DNA of 64,000 bases from Ylistrum balloti (Eukaryota). Below are positions 17,235 to 28,587 of the stretch, piece by piece (the first letter of the stretch is position 1; the number at the start of each line of letters is the position of its first letter). The notes under the pieces were generated by a model that was not told the DNA's origin, made no database searches, and saw only the letters and a list, made by a program, of their open reading frames with translations. The position numbers and the translations under genes were made by a program. Where the stretch lies: assembly GCF_031769215.1 (NCBI RefSeq), contig NW_026781885.1, positions 1 through 64,000 of the forward strand. Direction: 5' to 3'.

Positions 17235-19496
17235 CTGTAGATAGAAATATAGATCATCGTGACATCTAAATGTAAATTTGTCGATTTCATGTTTGTAAGT
17301 ATAACAGCTGCTTTCAAGACACAGTAAAAGGCATTCTCCTAAATATGATTGCCAACCTGGATATCAAATATTGACAAGTGAGTCTATGTACCAACAGAAA
17401 TGTTGAAATACCAACGTTTGTTAACCAGTGCAATCCAGGTTCTGTAAGGCTAAGCTTGTGATCAGAGAATGATTGTCAATAAAGTGCCTGAATGTAACAT
17501 TTAAAATCAAAGTGACATCTTCAATAGACGGAGTGTACCTGACATAGAGACCCACGCGGGATGACTTAAAGGAACGTTATAGGATTGTTTCTAAACGTTG
17601 TTTCTACACATCTGAAAGGAACTGGCAGTTTGGGTCAATCAAAGGTGCCAAACAACTAACGTGTCGGCCGCTCGGAGGGCCAGGTGGGAGTGGTAAAGTA
17701 GCAACGCCCATTTCAGACACGAACATGCCAAGCCGTAATGCTGGACAGGTATAAAGTGTTCACGTCATATTTCTTATGTCCTTCTGTAAAATTATTATAA
17801 TTTACTTTCGCGAGTTCAAACTTTAGCATCTTGTGCTATAATTGTGTCTTTTTCAGTATTTTCTATATTGAACACTTCGTAGCCTCACTAATACTACTTC
17901 AAATGTTTAAAATCAAACCTTTCAATCAGCAGTTTATGTCTGTATCTGGTGTGGCAAATGTCTTCAGTGTCAATTTGAAAAGTAATCTTATGTTTGTTTC
18001 TGTGACTTTCTGTTTGGAAAGTTACTTTCAGACACGATATATAATTGGTGAGCGTGTCCTGTATATATGATATGTCACAAACACATTCTACTCGGCTGTT
18101 TGACAATACTCACAAGATGATGTAAACGTCATTCACGTGATTGTAACGATCAAGATACCTGTAAAACAGACCACTGCTCACCTTCCGGTAGTAATTAACA
18201 CCCTCGATAATTAATTACCCAATCACCGTCCGGTATGGGAAGCGCGTGTCCCTGTTTGGAATTAGTGAATTACTCGACTGATAATTACCGTGAACATCGT
18301 TATCGAGTTGACGAGTCAAACAATGGTCGTATCTCACCTCACCAATCGACCACGTGAAGTTTATTTTGCTGAAAAGTGTTTAACTAGTTTGTTTATATTT
18401 GGTTTTTATTTCATTTACGCAATTAACTTGACGTAAGTAAGGAAATCTATAGCGATTGTGCTATTTCGTATGTTTGTAAATAATTCAACGCCAATACGCT
18501 TTCCGGTTTACTCCTATAACAGGTTCTTTGTAAATACTGCAATCATCTGTCATGTTTTTTCTAAACTAAAAATTAACCAGATTTTTCATTGCGAAGACTA
18601 CAAATTGACCAGTTTTAATCCATTTATTTACCAACTAATTATGCAAGTTTATCACAATTAGGCGAAGAATGACATAAGTGAGTGAGTGTTTAATGAATCA
18701 CAGTGATAACTCTACATATTCAACCTAAAGAAGGACTTGTCAAACATCGAAGTGAAACATATGACATGTGGCAGATTTGTATCATAATTCATCAGATATA
18801 ATACAAATAATGAGATGTACAGCTAATCTATTGATCTTTTCCCCAGTCAGGTATACCAGTATCGTGATTTCCTGGTCATTAATCAATATAATAGATCAAT
18901 ATGTTTAAGGCATTAGTCCTTTCAGTACACTGGGATTATAAATTACTGGTGTAATTGCACGTTTCTTCTTATCAACATCTCTATCCTTCATACATCTTTT
19001 AACCAACATTAATAAAATCAATCGTTATATCTATTAGGTAAGTAATAAAGCTAGCAATGTACATCCCCTGTCTACCTTTGTATATATAACATTGCTAGTA
19101 TTGTTTGTAATCGGTAAACTGAACCATTTGCTATTTAATGGATCTGTCGACAATCTGGTTTTAAACCATCTAATCAGTCCGAGGTCAAGTATTATGTGAG
19201 ATTTTTTATCGTTACACTGCAGTCTATTGAAAATGAGTTTGCCATGTCTGAAACTCAACTATGATGTTAAACTATGGGAGTAATTTTAGTTTATCCGCTC
19301 CTATTTTATTTTATGAGAGGAAAATAACAAATTTCGTAGTTCTTTATTCTTCAGGGTGTGGGTGTCTTTGCCCTTCTAACTGTTATTTATCAAGTAAGTT
19401 GTATAACTTACGGAATTGAATTGAATTAAAGGGTTCACTTTGAGATATACTGTCGGCCTCATTATCTGTCAGTGACATATAATTATGCTATGAAAT

Positions 19497-19612
19497 CGGA
19501 GTACTCGTGTAAAACCCACGTGATTGGTCACCTGCCTGGCCACTTGAGCTATCCTCCGATACCCCGGGTTCCTCCCACAGTAAGACCCCTCACGTGCGCC
19601 TCAATCAGGATC
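19497..19612. mobile_element. Two tRNA-SINE body fragments in opposite orientation
   Basis: GGAGTACTCG.GTAAAACCCACGTG and CCCGGGTTCCTCCCACAGTAAGACCCCTCACG both resemble the SINE body at 38352-38420, in opposite orientations. Confidence 0.5.
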
Positions 19613-19732
19613 AACAAGAGTGGTTATATATGATGAAAACAATTCTTTCGTAATTGTTGTACAATAAATTACATATATCAGTTTGATGTTTTTCAAAAAT
19701 AAATATCAAGCAGGACACCTATATAAATATAT

Positions 19733-20204
19733 ATTATTGTTTATATTACGTCATAATGTTGTTACCAAGACATTATTGTTTATATTACGTCATAATGTTG
19801 TTACCAAGACATTATTGTTTGTATTACGTCATAATGTTGTTACCAAGACATTATCGTTTATATTACGTCATAATGTTGTTACCAAGACATTATTGTTTAT
19901 ATTACGTCATAATGTTGTTACCAAGACATTATTGTTTGTATTACGTCATAATGTTGTTACCAAGACATTATCGTTTATATTACGTCATAATGTTGTTACC
20001 AAGACATTATTGTTTGTATTACGTCATAATGTTGTTACCAAGACATTATCGTTTATATTACGTCATAATGTTGTTACCAAGACATTATTGTTTATATTAC
20101 GTCATAATGTTGTTACCAAGACATTATTGTTTATATTACGTCATAATGTTGTTACCAAGACATTATTGTTTATATTACGTCATAATGTTGTTACCAAGAC
20201 ATTA
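19733..20204. repeat. 39-bp tandem minisatellite (TTATATTACGTCATAATGTTGTTACCAAGACATTATTGT), about 12 copies
   Basis: Direct reading; highly homogeneous. Confidence 0.95.
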
Positions 20205-20935
20205 AAGTAATCGCCTGAAGGTAGCCGAGACACGGCTTGAAAACGTTAGCGATAATCAAGTTTATTTGCCTTGTTGGCCTTATATGTTTACATATATATA
20301 TGTACAAAGAAAGGAGCGGCTATGTTTTTTATGTATCAACATAGAGTGCAAATTCCATTTCACAGTAAATATATCTGTAATGATTTATGTATCTAAAAAA
20401 ACATATTATATAAGAAATTCACGTGTTTTTATTATCTTTACAGGAAATATGGAAGCCAAGATTTACATAGATGAATATACATGTATTATTCAGTCCTTAA
20501 GAAAGAGGCTGTTGAGACCAAAAGACCAGGCTGAAATTTTGTGGGATAGGTATATAGATATACGTACATTAACAACACTACGTCGTCGATCACACACCCT
20601 ATTTACGTGTAACTATTTGTTAAGTAAGAATGTGAGATGCTGATATTAATCAGTGTATACTTATTGTATGACTTATATCGTATAAGACCTAACATTTCTG
20701 TAAATACAAAACAGTCGTCTGTTCGCTGGGTGTATCGTCCCCACGGATATGGCTGTACAGACAACAAACTTTGTGATTATGTTTTTTCATGATAAGGCTA
20801 ATTTTGATGTCGGTGTAAGATGGCGACCGACAATATTTGCCTTTCTTTTGGAAAATACATTGTTAATGTGTGTTAAATGGATGATGGGAGGTAACTCCAA
20901 CTTATACGTCCAAATTTAATACGAGGATCGTTTTT

Positions 20936-23900
20936 CACATCCTGTACCTGTGGCCACTGACCTAGCACTGCCACATCCTGTACCCATAGCCACGTAACTC
21001 TACACGTCGCTATGGTGACTCGCCTACCAATAATTGTTACTACCGGTATCTATGACAAAAATACCACTAACTGTCACATCCTGTAACTATGGTGATTCAC
21101 CTACCACTAACTGTCACATCCTATAACTATGGTAGCTCAACTACAACTGTCACATCCTGTACCTATGGTGATTCACCTACCACAAACTGTCACATCCTGT
21201 AACTATGGTAGCTCACCTACCACTGTCACATCATGTAACTATGAGAAAGCTACCACTAACTGTCACATCATGTACCTATGGCGACTCCCCTACAACTGTC
21301 ACATCATGTACCTATGGTAACTCACCTGCCACTGTCACATCCTGTACCTATGGTGACTCATCTATCACTGTCACATCATGTACCTATGGTAACTCACCTA
21401 CCACTGATACATCCTATACCTATGGCAACTCATCTACCACTGTTACATCCGGTTCCTATGGTAACTCACCTACCACTGTCACATCATGTACCTATGGTAA
21501 CTCACCTACCACTGTCACATCCTGTACCTATGGTAACTCACCTCCAAATGTAACATCCTGTACCAATGGTAACTCATCTACCACTGTTACATCCGGTTCC
21601 TATGGTAACTCACCTACCACTGTCACATCATGTACCTATGGTAACTCACCTACCACTGTCACATCCTGTACCTATGGTAACTCACCTCCAAATGTCATGT
21701 CCTGTACCTATGGTAACTCACCTACCACTGTTACATCCTGTACCTATGGAACTCACCTACCACTGTCACATCATGTACCTATGGTAACTCACCTACCACT
21801 GTCACATCATGTACCTATGGTAACTCACCTACCACTGTCACATCCTGTACCTATGGTAACTCACCTCCAAATGTCATGTCCTGTACCTATGGTAACTCAC
21901 CTACCACTGTTACATCCTGTACCTATGGAACTCACCTACCACTGTCACATCATGTACCTATGGTAACTCACCTCTCACTGACACATCATGTACCTCTGGT
22001 AACTCACCTACCACTGTCACATCCTGTACCTATGGTAACTCACCTCCAAATGTAACATCCTGTACCGATGGTAACTCACCTACCACTGTTACATCCGGTT
22101 CCTATGGTAACTCACCTACCACTGTCACATCATGTTCCTATGGTAACTCACCTCCAAATGTAACATCCTGTACATATGGTAACTCACCTACCACTGTTAC
22201 ATCCGGTTCCTATGGTAACTCACCTACCACTGTCACATCATGTACCTATGGTAACTCACCTACCACTGTCACATCCTGTACCTATGGTAACTCACCTCCA
22301 AATGTCATGTCCTGTACCTATGGTAACTCACCTACCACTGTTACATCCTGTACCTATGGAACTCACCTACCACTGTCACATCATGTACCTATGGTAACTC
22401 ACCTACCACTGTCACATCCTGTACCTATGGTAACTCACCTCCAAATGTCATGTCCTGTACCTATGGTAACTCACCTACCACTGTTACATCCGGTTCCTAT
22501 GGTAACTCACCTACCACTGTCACATCATGTACCTATTGTAACTCACCTACCACTGTCACATCCTGTACCTATGGTAACTCACCTCCAGATGTCATGTCCT
22601 GTACCTATGGTAACTCACCTACCACTGTCACATCCTGTACCTATGGTAATTCACCTCCAAATGTAACATCCTGTACCTATGGTAACTCACCTACCACTGA
22701 CACATCATGTACCTCTGGTAACTCACCTACCACTGTCACATCCTGTACCTATGGTAACTCACCTCCAAATGTAACATCCTGTACATATGGTAACTCACCT
22801 ACCACTGTTACATCCGGTTCCTATGGTAACTCACCTACCACTGTCACATCATGTACCTATGGTAACTCACCTACCACTGTCACATCCTGTACCTATGGTA
22901 ACTCACCTCCAAATGTCATGTTCTGTACCTATGTTAACTCACCTACCACTGTTACATCCTGTACCTATGGAACTCACCTACCACTGTCACATCATGTACC
23001 TATGGTAACTCACCTACCACTGTCACATCATGTACCTATGGTAACTCACCTACCACTGTCACATCCTGTACCTATGGTAACTCACCTCCAAATGTCATGT
23101 CCTGTACCTATGGTAACTCACCTACCACTGTTACATCCTGTACCTATGGAACTCACCTACCACTGTCACATCATGTACCTATGGTAACTCACCTACCACT
23201 GTCACATCCTGTACCTATGGTAACTCACCTCCAAATGTAACATCCTGTACCTATGGTAACTCACCTACCACTGTTACATCCGGTTCCTATGGTAACTCAC
23301 CTACCACTGTCACATCATGTACCTATTGTAACTCACCTACCACTGTCACATCCTGTACCTATGGTAACTCACCTCCAAATGTCATGTCCTGTACCTATGG
23401 TAACTCACCTACCACTGTCACATCCTGTACCTATGGTAACTCACCTCCAAATGTAACATCCTGTACCTATGGTAACTCACCTACCACTGTCACATCCTGT
23501 ACCTATGGTAACTCACCTCCAAATGTAACATCCTGTACCTATGGTAACTCACCTACCACTGTTACATCCGGTTCCTATGGTAACTCACCTACCACTGTCA
23601 AATCATGTACCTATGGTAACTCACCTACCACTGTCACATCCTGTACCTATGGTAACTCACCTCCAAATGTCACATCCTGTACCTATGGTAACTCACCTAC
23701 CACTGTTACATCATGTACCTATGGTAACTCACCTACCACTGTCACATCCTGTACCTATGGTGACTCATCTATCACTGTCACATCATGTACCTATGGTAAC
23801 TCACCTACCACTGACACATCATATACCTCTGGTAACTCACCTACCACTGTCACATCCTGTACCTATGGTAACTCACCTCCAAATGTAACATCCTGTACAT

Positions 23901-24325
23901 ATGGTAACTCACCTACCACTGTTACATCCGGTTCCTATGGTAACTCACCTACCACTGTCACATCATGTACCTATGGTAACTCACCTACCACTGTCACATC
24001 CTGTACCTATGGTAACTCACCTCCAAATGTCATGTCCTGTACCTATGGCAACTCACCTACCACTGTTACATCCTGTACCTATGGAACTCACCTACCACTG
24101 TCACATCATGTACCTATGGTAACTCACCTACCACTGTCACATCATGTACCTATGGTAACACACCTACCACTGTCACATCCTGTACCTATGGTGACTCAAC
24201 TACCACTGTCACATCCTGTACCTATGGTGACTCAACTACCACTGTCACATCCTGTACCTATGGTGACTCAACTACCACTGTCACATCCTGAACCTATGGT
24301 GACTCAACTACCACTTACTGTCAAG
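20936..24325. repeat. 36-bp tandem satellite (CACATCCTGTACCTATGGTAACTCACCTACCACTGT), about 90 copies with subvariants
   Basis: Direct reading; recurrent 35-bp variants shift the frame. Confidence 0.95.
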
Positions 24326-24451
24326 TCCTGTAAATGTGGCAACTCTCTGTCAACAACTTTCACTTTTACACTGTTACAGGCATCCCTCATAGAATTATAT
24401 AAAATACAAGACAATGATGACAAAAAATAAAGTTTAATCAGCACAGAATTG

Positions 24452-26256
24452 ATAACAGCAGACATTCACACCATCCTGTGCCCTGTCTGTAATAGGTAAC
24501 AACAGATAGTCACATCAAGCTGTGGGTTGTCCATGATAAGTAACAGCAGACAGTCATTTCCAGCTGTGTGTTGTCTGCAATCGGTAACAGCAGGCAGTCA
24601 CACACAGCTTTGTGTTTTCCATGATCTGTAACAGCAAACAGTCATTTCCAGTTGTGTGTTGTCTGTGATTGGAAACAGCAGACAGTCACACCACCTGTGT
24701 GTTGTCTGTGATTGGTGTACCAGCAGACAGTCACACCCACCTGGGTGTTGTCTGTGATTGGTGTACCAGCAGACAGTCACACCGAGCTTTGTGTTGTCTG
24801 TGATTAGTAACAGCAGACAGTCACACCCAGCTGTGTGTTGTCTGTGATTGGTTACTGCAGACAGTCACACCCAGCTGTGTGTTGTCTGTGATTGGTTACT
24901 GCAGACAGTCACACCAAGCTGTGTGTTGTCTGTGATTGGTTACAGCACAAAGTCACACCCACCTGTGTGTTGTCTGTGATTGGTTACAGCACAAATTCAC
25001 ATCCAGCTGTGTGTTGTCTTTGATTGGTGTACCAGCAGACAGCCACACCCAGCTGTGTGTTGTCTGTGATTTGAAAACAGCACACAGTCACACCTAGATA
25101 TGTGTTGTCTGCAATTTGTAACAGCACAGTCACACCCACCTAGGTGTTGTTTGTGATTGGTAACAGCACACAGTCACACCCACCTAGGTGTTGTTTGTGA
25201 TTGGTAACAGCACACAGTCACACCCAGCTGTGTGTTGTCTGTGATTGGTGTACCAGCAGACAGTCACACCCAGCTGTGTGTTGTCTGTGATTGGCGTACC
25301 AGCAGACAGTCACACCCAGCTGTGTGTTGTCTGTAATTGGTTACAGCAGACCGTCACACCCAGCTGTGTGTTGTCTGTGATTTGAAAACAGCTGACTGTC
25401 ACACATAGCTGTGTGTTGTCTGTAATGGGTAACAGCAGAGAGTCACACACAGTTTTGTGTTTTCCATGATCAGTAACAGCAAACAGTCATTCCCAGCAGT
25501 GTGTTGTCTGCAATGAGTAACAGCAGACAGTCACAACCATCTGTTTGTTGTCTGTAATAGGTTACAGCAGACAGTCACACCCAGCTGTTTGTTGTCTGTG
25601 ATTGGTTACAACAGACAGTCACACCCAGCTGTTTGTTGTCTGTGATTGGTAACAGCAGACAGTCACACCCAGCTGTGTGTTGTCTTTGATTAGTTACAGC
25701 AGACAGTCACACCCAGCTGTGTGTTGTCTGTAATTGGTTACAGCAAACAGTTACACCCAGCTGTGTGTTGTCTGTAATTGGTAACAGCAGACAGTCACAC
25801 CCAGCTGTGTGTTGTCTGTGATTGGTCACAGCACACAGTCACAACAAGCTGTGTATTGTCTGTGATTGGTAACAGCAGACAGTCACACCCAGCTGTGTGT
25901 TGTCTGTGATTGGTTACAGCACACAGTCACAACAAGCTGTGTATTGTCTGTGATTGGTCACAGCACACAGTCACAACAAGCTGTGTATTGTCTGTGATTG
26001 GTCACAGCACACAGTCACACCCAGCTGTGTGTTGTCTGTGATTGGTCACAGCACATAGTCACACCCAGCTGTGTGTTGTCTGTGATTGGTCACAGCACAC
26101 AGTCACACCCAGCTGTGTGTTGTCTGTGATTGGTCACAGCACACAGTCACACCCAGCTGTGTGTTGTCTGTGATTGGTTACAGCAGACAGTCACACCCAG
26201 CTGTGTGTTGTCTGTGATTGGTCACAGCACACAGTCACACCCAGCTGTGTGTTGTC
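24452..26256. repeat. About 44-bp tandem satellite (ACAGCAGACAGTCACACCCAGCTGTGTGTTGTCTGTGATTGGT(T/A)), about 41 copies
   Basis: Direct reading; each unit is an imperfect palindrome around CAGCTG. Confidence 0.95.
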
Positions 26257-26721
26257 TTTAGTCACTATACAGATCATGTTTATTGTCAATTTGATAAGTT
26301 AATACAAATTGTGATGAAAAAACATCATAAACTGACACATTATTACAATTCAGTTGGTATAAAATTACCTACAACTGTACATGCACCTAACATGTTGTGT
26401 GTCTCCTTACTTATAAAAAATATGATAACTTTCATATAAATATTTCTATTAGCTGAGGAACATTACATTGTCTAATACAGACATAATCACATGTGACTGT
26501 CACTATGTGAAGATTCTGTGTATAACAGGATGTATGGCATAATATTATCACAGTAACTATATACATATATGTACTTGGACCTTTCCTGGTGAGTAACAAG
26601 CAATATTTCAGCAACTCTCACTCCATTAAACTGCTAAGGCAATCAACTTTTCCAATGTCTTTCTCATATAAAATCAATTTGGCTCATCTATCACTTACAA
26701 ATTAACATATGTCTTCTTAAG

Positions 26722-26830
26722 TCAGTGTATGATGTTCAGTGTAGTATGATCCAGGTCCTCCTCTATTACACCCTTTGCTGCAAGCTCCTCTGTAACTCTT
26801 GCGAGGTAAGTAGGATCTGGGTATCCAAAA
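26722..26830 (-). CDS. DTX3L: DTX3-like exon 3 (FGYPDPTY...*)
   Basis: TTACAG acceptor; phase matches exon 2. Confidence 0.92.
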
Positions 26831-28410
26831 CTGTAACACAAAGTGAATATAATGCAAGGGAAATAACTCCTACATTGACATTGTGTACAGAATGTGACAC
26901 GAGAGTGAGAAAAATTCAATCTGCATTCCATTATGCTGTGATATAAATAAAAGTCCCTGATATATTGTTGAAGGAATGATAATTTTCTGATACATATCTA
27001 ATGTAAAAATGTACTTGATTTCACCTGAATTAAGTAAACTTAGTGAAAACCAAAGTGTTGATCAAAGTAAAACATACTATTCTTTGAAGAAAATGTGTTT
27101 TTGTAATAGCATCCTTATAGTATTTTTTTAATAGTTATGAATAAGACGGTATTGTTATTACATGCAGACACAATAAACAAATACCTGATCAATTTTCTTT
27201 GTTGCATTTTGTATGGATCATGATTCTATACCTCCACCTTTAACCTTTAACTATATCTACATAAATCGCTAAAACCAGACCATTCAATGTTGATGTTAGC
27301 TCAGAGAGCAGTCTGATACCTACTTCTGAGCTCCACCAGTAAACGATGTTTTGTGATGGATATCATTCCAAGTTACAACATTGTCAGCTCCTGTCGTCCT
27401 GGACCTTCCTACAGTGAAGACAAGACGGCGGTCAAATGCCATCTTGAGTAATCGGACAACCTTAACCCCTTCAGGACAGTCTGGGAAATAACCTGTTCGA
27501 CTTGTTCCGGAGAACCTTATCCCTGGGTGGGGGTGTTCAGGCTACAAGAGAATTTGACATAAATCTTTTCTTATATCATTTGTTTAGAGTTTTCATAAAT
27601 CAAATCAATACTTAAAAACAAGTGAAAAACATCAGCATTAAATGATAAAAGCTACACATCCAAAGCTGAATATCAGAAATCAGTGAATGGTTTGACTGTT
27701 AATATTAAATAGTAGTTCATTTCGAGTTAGCCCTTTGAGGTATTTGACAACTATTGAAATTGAAATCTGTTGATATCATTAAACATTGGGTTTCATGATT
27801 ACAAAACATGTCATATGCAAAGGTAGCTTGTATTTGAGCATGTTACACAAGTCTGTTAAACAGTAAGTGAGAGCTAAAATATACTCAAAAAGAATTCTAA
27901 GAACATAAGAATTTAACTTACCCCTTGGACTCCATTTGGAAATGAATAAGACACTGATATGATGCCATACTGTTCGTATCCTGGTAAGTTACCAGTGGAT
28001 AAGCGTGTAATGTTCATGTGTCCTGGAGGCTGCGTCCCTTGGATCTTACCATACACAGTTCCACATATTGGACATGCTGGTTTATATTTAAACTGTTGTT
28101 CTATACACTCCTTACAAAACTCATGTGAACATTTAGGTAAAGCAGTCTTATCTGTGAAATTGTCCAAACATATTGAACAGTTTTCCTCCTCTTTTGGTGC
28201 GGCATTGTTTGTGACCTGGGTACCGAAAACTGCACCCATAGGACCAGACTGACAGAGGGCTACCACAGGGTAGTCCTCTATTTCCATTGGCTCTTCACCA
28301 GGAATGCTCACAGGAGACTGCTGACAAATAGCTCCTCTGTTATCATTGCCTGTTATATTCGATAAGTTTGTGAAGAGATCTGGTCGCTGCATGACTACTA
28401 CTTCCGCCAT
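26722..28410 (-). CDS. DTX3L: E3 ubiquitin ligase DTX3/DTX3L-like (RING-HC plus Deltex C-terminal domain), 3 coding exons, 271 aa
   Basis: complement(join(27922..28410,27324..27541,26722..26830)). RING CSIC...CSHEFCKEC...CPIC; DTC motifs [56 protein letters not shown]. In-frame TGA upstream of ATG 28410. Orthology to DTX3L versus DTX3 is uncertain. Confidence 0.92.
27324..27541 (-). CDS. DTX3L: DTX3-like exon 2 (Deltex C-terminal domain core)
   Basis: TTGTAG acceptor, GTAGGT donor; 72 codons + 2 nt. Confidence 0.92.
27922..28410 (-). CDS. DTX3L: DTX3-like exon 1 (RING finger)
   Basis: 163 codons; GTAAGT donor. Confidence 0.92.
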
Positions 28411-28575
28411 TTCACAAGATCAAAGAACACAACGCTGAATCTGAAATGTAAAAAAAATGTAAAATGAGGTAAATATATGAGGAGTTCATCATTTTGCAAA
28501 ACCTACAGTAGGTGTATTAAGTATAAAAAGTATTTCCTTTACAATGACAGGTTTTTCTGGTTGCCAAATTTGTCT

Positions 28576-28587
28576 ACTTTCGTTTTC
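28576..28587 (-). promoter_or_regulatory. ISRE/IRF-element-like motif GAAAACGAAAGT upstream of the first DTX3-like coding exon
   Basis: Matches GAAANNGAAA(G/C)T, about 135 bp upstream of the acceptor at 28440. Confidence 0.35.

Noticed and set aside
19683-20210. 175-aa and 149-aa ORFs (LFILRHNVVTKTL / MLLPRHYCLYYVI repeats)
   Set aside because: Translations of a 39-bp minisatellite.
21129-24430. Mucin-like TSCTYGNSPTTV ORFs up to 348 aa
   Set aside because: A 36-bp satellite; recurrent 35-bp units switch frame, which a real coding repeat would not tolerate.
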